Assembly (NCBI RefSeq): GCF_006345805.1
Contig: NC_043008.1
Coordinates: 38,564,001-38,628,000 of the forward strand
Length of the DNA: 64,000 nt
DNA from: Octopus sinensis
Taxonomy: Eukaryota
Direction: 5' to 3'
A model generated the notes under the pieces. The model made no database searches. It saw only the letters and a list, made by a program, of their open reading frames with translations, and was not told the origin of the DNA. The position numbers were made by a program, and so were the translations under genes. Positions 52,561 to 64,000 of this stretch are shown piece by piece. The first letter of the stretch is position 1. The number at the start of each line of letters is the position of its first letter.

Positions 52561-53110
52561 AATAATGATGATGAAATTATTGTATACAGTGCTCAGGTGC
52601 ACCACAACTTGTCAAAAGTGTGTATAAAGTATATGCAGTAATGTACAAATGTCTGGGAAGTGAACAGTGTATGAGTCAGATACATGCTTGCATGTGCATG
52701 GAGGGGAGAAAATCAGGTGTAGTGTTGGCAAATCTCAGGAAGTATGGAAGTTTTGAAGGATGCAGTGCTCCGACAACAAACAACTGATGCTGGCAGTTTG
52801 TTCCATGCTTCAACAACTCTTAGCATGAAAAAAATACTTCCGAAAGTCATGGGAGCTGTGCTGTTTTCTGACTTTGTAAAGATGTCCACGGGTGTTAGAC
52901 AGGTGAAGTTTGAAAAGGTGCTCATAGTCATTGTTAGTAAGATGGTTAATAATATTATGGGTGTCTGCCAAGTCAGCTGCCAGACATCAGAGTTTCAATG
53001 TAAGGCATTCAGAATATGGCAAATGCCTGATGGAGGGTATTCTCTTGGTTGCTCGTCGCTGAACGGTTTCCAGACGATTAATATCTTGAGCAAGATAGGG
53101 TGTTCCAAAC
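52561..53110 (-). mobile_element. CR1-type LINE 3' fragment
   Basis: PYLAQDINRLETVQRRATKRIPSIRHLPYSECL and FFMLRVVEAWNKLPASVV..FKT motifs; 3'UTR shared with 30019-30336. Confidence 0.9.
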
Positions 53111-53480
53111 CAGTGAGGCTAATTCCAGGTGATTTCACAAATGTTCAAATCACCAAAGTTTTCGGTTTATTTTCCTTCAGTCAGTTGGGAGAAAAGTTTG
53201 GGCAATTGATTGTCTGCCACTTGAAAGACATAAACAGTACATCAAAGCTAATATCCCATAACTATAGTGTTAATGCAAGGGTGTTGTTCAAGCATGTTAA
53301 TGTTTCTTCAGCTGTTCTGCTACTGGACATGCAAGATTTTCCTCAGAGATCTCTGGTGGAATATACCCAGCTTATGGAGACAAAACCCATAGCTTGTCTC
53401 ATTTTTAAAAGCATAAGTGTGAATGGGTATGAATAAGCAGAGAGGAGGTATAGACAATATGTATATATATATATATATAT

Positions 53481-53636
53481 AAATTTAGATTCAGTTGAAT
53501 ATGTTGCAACAAGGATATCCAGCTGAAGATTGCTCTACGTTTTAAAATTGATGTAATATTTTCATTTTTCAATTAAATGGAGTTGCATAAAACGATCGTA
53601 CTGCATTAACTCAGGATATCCTTGTTGCTTATTTTG

Positions 53637-53640
<4 letters not shown>
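53481..53640 (+). mobile_element. (TA)n-embedded mini-element with a hammerhead motif (53520-53603) inside a 15-bp inverted repeat
   Basis: CAG-CUGAAGA-[long imperfect helix II]-AAAACGAUCGUA-CUG. IR GCAACAAGGATATCC at 53506-53520 and 53614-53628. Confidence 0.75.
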
Positions 53641-53692
<52 letters not shown>

Positions 53693-55175
53693 TATATATA
53701 TATATATACATATTTATATCTGTGTGTGTGTATGTATGTATGCATATATATGTATGTGTATATGTGTTATATATAGATATACATACATGCATATATATAG
53801 AGAGAACATTTGTGAATTGTTCAGCCATATATTCTATCAAACGTTACTAATTGTTTTGGTTCTTCTGGCGGTTGGATTTGATCCGTCTGTGACTAATTGC
53901 ATTCTATGTCCACTGGCAGGGGATCGTGCACAACAACTCATACAAATCAAACGAAATCCTTCACATATAAGCAATCAGCTTGCTGGACATTTTTCTCTAG
54001 CAAGAGAAATTTCCACCATGGAATTTATAAAACACTGACCGAGTTTACCTGATTATGTGTTTATCAGTGTTCCGTACACTTCATTACACTCTCCGTTCCT
54101 TCACTGCTTTTCTTTATAAAACATAGTCTCAAGATTACACATTCACCATTTCTTTATATAAACAACATTGAGCAAGTTTCACTAGTTATAATACATCTTA
54201 TCACTTCTATGATCTCCAGTATTCCAAACTTAATATCATTGAACTTAAACTGCTTTAAACTATTACAGTATTGAATTAAATGCAGGAAGGAAAATAAGAA
54301 AGCAAAAATGAAAAATAAAAATAGACATCTATGGAATTACAAAAAGCTATAATACCTAGGAAATTCAATTACCTCCCTTTCTTAAATGCTTTCATTATCA
54401 TAATTATTGCTTACAGTATTGAAGAATTTTTTTTTTATATATGTATGTATATTTTTTTCTTAGTTTTCCAAATGAAATATATTGATTTTGAAGCTAAATT
54501 ACATGTCTAAGGTATTTGATGTCTAACGTTTCATATGAACAGCAATGTGACGACAGGAAGAGTAAACCTGTTAAGTTTAGATGGAAGTCTAGATAAGTGC
54601 TATATTCAAATTGATTTCTGAACTTTGATTAATAGAAATGAAAGACGAAAGATACCAAAAAGTCTTTATATATCTATGTTACATGTGTATGTAGATATGT
54701 GTGTGAGTGAGCGAGTGAGTGTGTGTGAGTGTGCATGTGTAGGCGTGTATGGTTATATAATATATATGTATATGTGTATATGTATATATATGTGTGTGTG
54801 TGTATATATATATATACATATTTATATATGTATGTGTGTATGTGTATATGCATATATATGCATATATGTATGTGTATATATGTGTGTGTATATATAGATA
54901 TACATACATACAAATATATATATATGTATGTAAGTATATCTATATATATATATATACACACACACATGCACATATACACACACTTATATATATACATATA
55001 TATACATATGTGTATACATATACAATATGAATATATATATTCACATGCATTTATATATATATATATATATATATGTATATGTATATTTGTATGTAAGCAT
55101 GTGTATATATATATATATATATTATGTATATGTAGACCTATAGCTCTATCTATATATTTATATATACATATATGC

Positions 55176-55217
<42 letters not shown>

Positions 55218-55387
55218 CAATAAAGTTGCTTACAAAGTCAAAATATATTAAAAGTAATAGAAGCGACTTCAGAAATGACTGTATTTTCATTGATACAAGA
55301 AAAGATATCAGTATCTGCAGCTATAAACGATATATCAATGATTTTGTAAAGATATGTTTCACTAGGGTTATTAAGAAACAACTGATA

Positions 55388-55394
55388 TCTTCTT

Positions 55395-55472
<78 letters not shown>

Positions 55473-55528
55473 ATCATTATTACTATTATTATTATTATTA
55501 TTATCATTATTATTATCATCATTATTAC

Positions 55529-55561
<33 letters not shown>

Positions 55562-55573
55562 CATCATTATTAC

Positions 55574-55629
<56 letters not shown>

Positions 55630-55765
55630 TCCTTTTTCTTCTTGTTGTTGTTCTTCTCCTCCTCCTCCATCTTATTATTTTTCTTCTTTTTCTTCTTTTT
55701 CTTCTTCTTCTTCTTCTTCTTCTTCTCTTTCTTCTTCTCCTTCTTCTACTACTCCTTCTTCTTCT
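55388..55765. repeat. Compound (CTT)n-(ATT)n-(CTT)n array
   Basis: Read directly. Confidence 0.95.
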
Positions 55766-55810
55766 TAGACGAAGGCATTAATATATTAATTCCAGAATAA
55801 CAAGAACAAG

Positions 55811-55845
<35 letters not shown>

Positions 55846-56343
55846 CTACACCCACAGTAAACTAGTTTCTTGTTCCGGCACAAGGCCAGTCTTTTCCACG
55901 ATAAGAGGTTAGTTCATTGAAACAACTATCCTTTACACTATAGCTGTTTATGTTATCAACGATGGAGGGGAAAGAATCACCGTTGACCTCTACAGAATTT
56001 GAAGAATTTTAATGTAGATAAAGGAAACTATCTTCAAGAAAGCTTTCTACTGTTTCTTCTGAGGTGATAATGCTTTTGGAAGGATGAATGCCAAAGTTGA
56101 ACAGGCATGAAAAGGGCTTAACAAGATACTTCAAAGAATTTGCCTCAATGCTGTGTACCAATTGCTCTAATACTAATGATGATAATAAAAAAAAAAAATA
56201 TCATCACCGCTTTCACCGTCAGCATTAGCGCCATCATTGCCATTGTCATCATTATCCTTCTCTTTGTCTTCATTATCATCACAACCACCACCGCCACCGC
56301 CCCGCCCACCATCATCATCATCATCATCATCATCATCGTCATT

Positions 56344-56381
<38 letters not shown>

Positions 56382-56726
56382 TATACCTCTTTTTTTTTCT
56401 TGGGCACTAATCTGTGGCCTGACACCCAACTAGAAGCCAACCCTAATATGTTTTTTATTTCTTTTTCCAAATTTTTTTTGTTTTCTCTTTCCAAGGAAGG
56501 TACTTTATTCCATATCTTTCCATGCGGAACTTCAGTTGGATATTTTGGTAGTGGGAGATATTAACAACATCATCACCATTGTAGAAATGGTATCGATGCT
56601 AACACACGAGAAACACATGTAATACACACACACACACTCTTTCACACACATACACACATGCACACACATATTGTTCCTGTTTTTTTTTTGCATTCACACT
56701 AGTTGTTTGTGTGTGCATGTGTATAG

Positions 56727-56738
56727 ATGATGATGGTA

Positions 56739-56790
<52 letters not shown>

Positions 56791-56869
56791 GCAATGATGA
56801 TAATGATGGCAAAGGTGACGATGATGATGATGATGATGATGACAACAACAACAACAGTGACGATGATGG

Positions 56870-56927
<58 letters not shown>

Positions 56928-57112
56928 GATGATGATGATGATGGTGATGGTGGTAATGGTGGTGATGTTGATGATGGTGATGATGGTGAGGATGATGGTA
57001 ATGATGGTGACGATGATGATGATGATGATGATTATGGTGATGATTATGGTGATGATGACGATGATGGTGGTGGTGATGACGATGATGGTGGTGGTGATGG
57101 CGACAATGATGA
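56727..57112. repeat. Degenerate (GAT)n array
   Basis: Read directly. Confidence 0.95.
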
Positions 57113-57429
57113 AGTGGAGAAGGGGTAGGAGTGTTCCGAACAGAATGTTTATGCATACCATTACAATACTGAAGCAATAAAAACTTGTGCAAAATCAAAA
57201 AGATAAGCATAACTTTTGACCTCAGGTCTTCAGTTTATTAGTAGGAGGAGGGGATATTTGGAAAGATAACCACTGCTCCACAACCAACTACGAGGTATTG
57301 TTACAGGTTTAAGTGTAAAACATTCAATAAAAACAATGAGCCATAGACAGAGAGAGAGAGAGAGAATGAGAGAGTGAAAAATATATATGCGCATGTGTGT
57401 GTATATATATATATATAATATATATATAT

Positions 57430-57477
<48 letters not shown>

Positions 57478-57610
57478 ATATGTATATATATATAGATGTA
57501 GATATGCATATACACACATGTGTATATACATGTACATACATATGTGTGTGTATGTATGTGCTATACAGATATATAATGCACAATGTATATATATATATAT
57601 ATAATATACA

Positions 57611-57697
<87 letters not shown>

Positions 57698-58873
57698 ATG
57701 TATATACATATATATAATATATATACATATGTATATATATGTGTACACACATAAACATACACATATGTAGATAGATAGACAAACGAAGAGATAGATAGAC
57801 AGGTAGATACATACATTGAAGAAAGACACAGAGAGAGAGGAGGAAGAGGAGGAGGAGAGAGAGAGACAACCAGAATTGTATGTAAAATACAAGCTAAGAT
57901 AGACATGTCTATTTTCTTTCGAATTTCTATTGTATTTTCTTTTTATCTTTTTTAATGAGATGAACCAAAGCAAAACAATTATGGAATACCATGTAGAGCA
58001 TTGCTGAAATAATAATAATAATAATAATAAAATAATAATAATAATATAATAATAATAATAATAATAATAGTAATGATAGTAATAACGATAATAATAATGA
58101 TAATATCTATTGGCCGGTTTATCTAATATTAGTAATTGAGAAAAGAAAATTTGAAAGAAACAATAATGATTTTTTTAAAAAATCAATTTTTTTGCTTCAA
58201 TTTTATATTGCCAAAAAATGTAACAGGTGGGGAGGCATGGTGGCAAAAACAAACAAAACAAAAAGAAACAACTGGTAAAATGCTTGCTTCTAAAAAGTAA
58301 ATGTTGCTTGCCCTTCCACTACATGCCAAGTAATGAAAAGCTCAACCTCGACATTCATTGATGCCGGAGAGAAAATGTATGGGAGTCTATGTAGTGGGGG
58401 AGGAAGTCATTGGAATATTCTTCATTTTCTTTTATGAGTCATTGGGTAGCAGCCATCCTAGGACCACAGTTTTGAAGGGCTTAGCTGTATGGTTCTCAAA
58501 CAGTGTTCATAGGACCCTTAATGGCCTTTATAAGATTTTGTTGTTAAAATGTATGCCCTATAAATTGGTTAAATTTTAATTTTTTTTTACGATACTTAAT
58601 ATTTAATTTTAGAAATATAATAGAATTTTTTATACATTGAACAGGTATGAAGGACCATTTGAATAAAATAGGGATCAATGGGGTTAGTAGGTAAAAAGTG
58701 ATTAAGAAACATCGATTGAGATTATCAAAGTGACCTGTGCCCCCCACATGCCTTCCAGTATTTCATTTGTCATATCTGATGCTTATTCTGTAAACTTCCA
58801 TTTTTGATAAACTTCCAGGTAATGAGGATGTATACAAACAAACACTGGTTGTCTAGAAATGTTACTTGAAAGT

Positions 58874-59110
58874 GAGAGAGAGAGAGAGAGGAGAAAGAGA
58901 GAAAGGAAGAGAGAGAGAGAGAGAGAGAAGAAAGAGAGAAAGGAAGATAGAGAGGAGAGAAAGAGAGAAAGGAAGAGAGAGAGAGAGGAGAAAGAGAGAA
59001 AGGAAGAGAGAGAGAGAGAAAGAGAGAAAGGAAGAGAGAGAGGGAGAGGAGAAAGAGAGAAAGGAAGAGAGAGAGAGAGAGGAGAAAGAGAGAAAGGAAG
59101 AGAGAGAGGG
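58874..59110. repeat. Polypurine minisatellite (GAGAAAGAGAGAAAGGAAGA(GA)n units)
   Basis: About 8 units, almost pure purine on the + strand. Confidence 0.9.
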
Positions 59111-59150
59111 ACAAACACAAATAGTCATGCATGTAGTAGTAGTAGTAGAG

Positions 59151-59181
<31 letters not shown>

Positions 59182-59562
59182 AGGTGGTGGTGGTGGTGGT
59201 AGTAGTAGTGGTAGAGGTGGTGGTGGTTGTGGTGGTTGTGGTGGTGGTGGTAGTAGTAGTAGTAGTAGCAGCAGCAGTTATGTTCTAATGAAGCATTCCC
59301 TTTTTTGATCAGGCTAGATGTCAATATTTAGCAAAATAATATTTGAAGATTATTTCACAAGATGCCCAGATTTTGACATGAAATTTTTGGAAATGTCGAA
59401 AGCGGCAGGGCTGGCAGTGAGATTGATTTTATTTACTCTTTGCATTCCAATCTCACACCAAAAACCAAAATCCAAAAACTCAAAACCAAATTCAATTCGT
59501 AATTGAAATCGCACATCAAACAAAACAGCGAGTTTATTCATAAAGTATTTGTCCTTCCTTCG

Positions 59563-59697
59563 AATGATGATAATGATGATGATGATGATGATGATGATGG
59601 CTATGATGATGATGACAATGACGATGATGATGATAGTGATGATGATAATGATGATGATGACGATGATGATGGCGATGATGATGATGATGATGATGAC

Positions 59698-59728
<31 letters not shown>

Positions 59729-59856
59729 GTGATGACGATGATGATGATGATGTCAATGATGATGGTGATGACGATGATGATGATGATGACGATGATGACG
59801 ATGACGTTGATGATGATGATGGTGATGATGATGATGACGATGATGATGATGATGTC

Positions 59857-59888
<32 letters not shown>

Positions 59889-60015
59889 CGATGATGATGA
59901 CGACGATGATGATGATGACGATGATGACGACGATGATGATGACGATGATGATGACGATGATGATGAGAATGATGATGATGATGACGATGATGATGATGAT
60001 GATGATGATGATGAA
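59563..60015. repeat. (GAT/GAC)n array of ~450 bp
   Basis: Read directly. Confidence 0.95.
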
Positions 60016-60718
60016 TGAAATAAAGTTGGTGATAATGATGAAAGCATCACTGGTAGTCATTTTGGTTAAGCACCATCCTCTGCACACAATAAATAACATT
60101 TTTTTTTTTTTTTTTTAGATATTTCAACAAATATACTTCAAGGGATCTTTGTTAAACACATTCAAATTATTGTTATTGTTATCATGATTAATGTTGTTGC
60201 TGTTGCTGTTGTTGTTGTTGTTGGTGTTGTTGCTGTAGTCATCATGGTTTTTATTGGTTTTGGAAATATATATCTATTTATAGAATCCCTTTAAAATCCA
60301 AAAACGACCATTCTATCTTTATGGCAAAGAAGCAAGATCAATATTCAGAGACAAATATTTTTTATTTCTAATCAATTTTTTTTTTCTTTTTACAACCCTA
60401 GTAAATGCAGAAATTTCAAGATATTTGGTAGATCTAAATAGCAGTTTTATTTATGACTGTTTGATATATATACATACACACACACACTCACACACATATA
60501 CATACTTATATACATACATACATATATACACATATATATATACATATATATATCTATATATATATATTTATATATATACATACATATATATATACATACA
60601 TGTATGTATATACATCTATGTATATACATATACATACATACATACATACATATAAATACATACATATATATATATGTAAATGTATATGTATATACATATA
60701 TATATATTTATATATATA

Positions 60719-61385
60719 TCATCATCATCATCATCATCATCACCATTTAACGTCCATTGTCTATGTTGGCATGAATTGGATGGTTTGATCAGCATTTGTA
60801 AGCTGAGGGGCTGCACCAGACTCCAGTCACATTTGCCATGGTTTCTACAGATGAATGCCCTTCCTAACGCCAAACACTCCAAGAGCGTAATGGGTGCTTT
60901 TATGTGCCACCACCATGGATGCCAGTTGCATAACACTAATATCTGCCACGATTATGATTTCTCTTGGCTTGATGGGTCTTCTTGTCAAGCATGGCATATT
61001 TTTTTCCACTCTGGGCACAAGGCCTGAAATTTTGGAGAACGGAGCCAGTTGATTAGATCAACCCCAGTATGCAACTGGTACTTAATTTATCGACCCCAAA
61101 AGATGAAAGGCAAAGTCGACCTGAGCTGAATTTGAACTCAAGCATGGCATATTGTCTAAGGCCTCGGTCATTTGTTATTGCCACCATAAGGACCATACAC
61201 ATACTCACACACACACACAATGGGCTTATTCCACTTTATATCTCCCAAATTTGCTCATATCTCCCAAATTTGCTCTCAAGGCTTTGATCTGCCTGAGGCC
61301 ACAGCAAAAGACACTTCTCCACATTGCCACACTGTGGGACTGAATCTGTAATCAGTAAGCAAAGTTTTTACCACACAGCCACAAA
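60719..61385 (-). mobile_element. Stack of family C (60719-60995), B (61010-61142) and A (61235-61385) copies
   Basis: Family-diagnostic motifs as above, all on the minus strand. Confidence 0.8.
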
Positions 61386-61486
61386 GATATATATATATAT
61401 ATGTAAATGTATATGTATATACATATATATATACATATATATATACATACATATATATACATATATATATACATACATATATATAC

Positions 61487-61517
<31 letters not shown>

Positions 61518-61595
61518 ATATATATATATATATCTTTGTGGCTGTGTGGTAAAAAGTTTGCTTACTGATTACAGATTCAGTCCCATGTATATATA

Positions 61596-61629
<34 letters not shown>

Positions 61630-61630
<1 letters not shown>

Positions 61631-61830
61631 ATCATCATCACCATCATTTAACGTCCGTTTTCCATGAAAACATCTGTCTGTTGTGGCATGGTCTCTATAG
61701 CTGGATGTCCTTCATAATGCCAACCACTTAACAGAGTGTATTGGGTGCTTTTTACACGCCCCCAGCATGGGACCATTTACACACCAACAGCACAGGTGTG
61801 TTAATGCATCACTGGTACAGGTGCTTTATA
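61630..61830 (-). mobile_element. Short retroposon family C
   Basis: CATCATTTAACGTCCGTTTTCCATG..AGCTGGATGTCCTTC..GGGTGCTTTTTAC. Confidence 0.8.
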
Positions 61831-61955
61831 TGTGAGTGTGTGTATGTATATGGTAAGAGAGAGAGAGAGAGAGAGAGAGAAAAAAATACAATTGAACGTA
61901 ATCTACACCAGAGGAGAGAGAGAGAGAGAGAAATACAATTGAACGTAATCTACAC

Positions 61956-62543
61956 CAGAGGTTCTCAAACATTTTGTGCCACTGCCCCCCTCATGGCCAC
62001 ATAATACCCTCAATGCCCCGACCCCTATTTTCATGTATAAATAAATATTTTATATTTTACTAATTTATTTATACTATGAACCATTTGATATTTGTCTTGT
62101 CTTGCCTTGAGACAGCATTCAGCCGGGGTGGGTTGAGCTGGCTTCATTCACCCTCAATGCTGCATCTCTCACAAACGCCAACCAGGCCTGGCGATTTGAG
62201 GCTAATGACTGCGTGATCTCCAACCACTCCCTATTCCAGTGGCAAATGCTGTAGACATGGGGGCCTAGGTTGGGTTCCAGATCAGCCTTGACTGTCATCA
62301 GCCAGGTTTTTCGTTGTCCACCATATCGCTTTCACCAACCCTTCATTTGATATTTAATGTAATATTATATAATTTGTACACAATACTATAATAATATTAT
62401 ACATTCATAGCATACCCCAATCCATTAATTTCCTACCAATGCCTCCTTTTTCTCTACTGCCCACCCTCCCCTAGACACCAGCGCCCACCTTGACCCTCTC
62501 AACACCCACTGGGTGGCGGTAGCACCCACTTTGAGAACCTATG
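61956..62543. mobile_element. hAT (Charlie-type) MITE
   Basis: TIRs CAGAGGTTCTCAAA and TTTGAGAACCTATG; imperfect 8-bp TSD ATCTACAC / GTCTACAT. Confidence 0.8.
62094..62343 (-). mobile_element. 5'-truncated RTE-clade LINE nested in the hAT MITE
   Basis: 12-bp TSD CATTTGATATTT at 62082-62093 and 62344-62355. Encodes GGQRKTWLMTVKADLEPNLGPHVY..WNREWLEITQSLASNRQAW; (CAAGA)n tail. Confidence 0.88.
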
Positions 62544-63221
62544 GTCTACATGATGAAGAAAATACGAGGTTTTAATTTCAAGTCGAAGTCTACCATGCTG
62601 AGCTTAATATCAAGGATGTTAAATGCATGTGTGATGGCTTCATGACCTTAACGACTTTGGGACTCATTCAATCTTAGCATTTTGTAGTTCCATTATAGAA
62701 TGTACCACACATTTCTATGATGATTATTCTCCATAATGGTGTTTGGGGCTGTTTACGATTTTATCCATCTCTTCATCTAAAATGCATTATTCTGTTTCAT
62801 CATTTTTCTTTTGTTTAAATCATCACAAAGAACAAAGAAAGACAACTGACAAAGAAAAAAAAAGAAGGAAAAACAAAAACAAAAACATACCCAAACATTA
62901 TCTACCAATAGAATCATTGGAAATACGCATAAAATTATTTTGTGATAGATATAATGTTTCATAATAGTAATAGTAATGATAATGATGATGATATTGATGA
63001 TGATGATGATGATGATGATAATGATGATGGTGGTGGTGGTGGTGGTGGTGATGATGTTGATGATGAGGATGATGTTGGTGATGGTAAAAGGCCTACTGTG
63101 TCACACTTTTGGTTCAACTTGTCTTATGGCACCATTCCAGGCAAAAGTCAGCCATTTTAAGCCACCAATAATGATCGAAGATGCACACACACAAAACAAA
63201 AATAAAAAAAAAATTTAAACA

Positions 63222-63282
<61 letters not shown>

Positions 63283-63942
63283 TAATAATAATAAATCTAT
63301 ATTACAACTATTTTGAAAAAAAAATTCTTTTTTGTTAATATTCACCAAACAATTTTTATATTGATTCAACATATGCAAAAATTCAATTTTATTTCATCAT
63401 TTATTTATTAGCTTTTTTTCATCCTTTATCAATTCTTTACAATGCATGAAACAACAGCTACAACAAATTAAAATCAAATAACCAAAAGGATAAAAACTAA
63501 AAAAAAAATATCTACAACAATGTTCTGAATTCTCAAAAATAATCCGAAAGTGGATTACTGATGAGAATATAACATGCAGATCCAGGAGATCGTATAGCAT
63601 AGCCTAAACATCTTTTTAAAATTACTGGACAAAATTGAAACAACATAGGTGCTACAGATATTCTTACAGATCATTTGAGAAAACAGCCTTTGTGCTTCTG
63701 ACAAGCATCTCCGTTTTTGTGTATGTTTAGGTTGTGCCAAGATGCTCACCACCTGTGTTCCACCAACCAGAAATCCTGTAGATACAGCGTGGCTATATTG
63801 GAATTACTCAACACATTACTTTCTCTGTGATACCATATCCTATTTTTCGCTATCTCCTCTTTCTCTCAAACACAAACATATCCATAGTCATCATTTCAAA
63901 CAGATTGCCAAGAAAAACATTTCTTTCCAACTACTAAATTCT

Positions 63943-64000
63943 AAGGTGCATGGCTCAGTGGTTAGAGCATCAAGCTTACGATCATGAGGTTGTGAGTTCA
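63943..64000 (+). mobile_element. tRNA-derived SINE head running off the window edge
   Basis: TGGCTCAGTGGTTAGAGC A-box and GAGTTCA B-box start; resembles the heads of families D and E. Confidence 0.7.

Noticed and set aside
52744-53436. 230-aa plus-strand ORF
   Set aside because: Its first half is antisense to the CR1 fragment and the rest has no recognisable motif.
53800-54038. Unique-sequence tail of ORF 53622-54038 with a hydrophobic segment
   Set aside because: The ORF start runs through (TA)n, and there is no splice or homology support.
10916-63378. Long low-complexity ORFs (poly-I/M/D/H/S/K/Y, YI/CV/HT repeats)
   Set aside because: They are translations of microsatellites, open in several frames and on both strands, with no domain or splice support.
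63555-63830. Possible minus-strand exon (ESNVLSNSNIATLYLQDFWLVEHR)
   Set aside because: Weak acceptor context, no recognisable homology and nearby stops.

Overview
This is AT-rich eukaryotic non-coding DNA, probably intronic or intergenic, saturated with microsatellites and short retroposons. The repeat landscape resembles Octopus/coleoid cephalopod DNA; that is my inference from recalled repeat families, not a verified assignment. I can support no intact host protein-coding exon, and almost the whole ORF track is translated microsatellite. Recognisable content: five short-retroposon families (labelled A-E by me, not database names), decayed LINE fragments (HERO, R4/Dong, CR1, RTE), a decayed Gypsy pol, a Tc1/mariner end, several MITEs and a non-autonomous Helitron. 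The main signal is a set of five complete and one truncated minimal type-I hammerhead-ribozyme motifs, with covarying stems and palindromic helix III, in short elements whose 3' ends abut (TA)n tracts. One is fused to a tRNA-derived Pol III head and one is enclosed in a perfect 15-bp inverted repeat. Every copy here has at least one core or stem defect. Other notable structure includes (TAA)n-targeted retroelements, several local fold-back inverted duplications, and a 120-bp SINE-head tandem array with A-B-A-B higher-order structure. Element boundaries were read by eye and are approximate unless a TSD or TIR is quoted.
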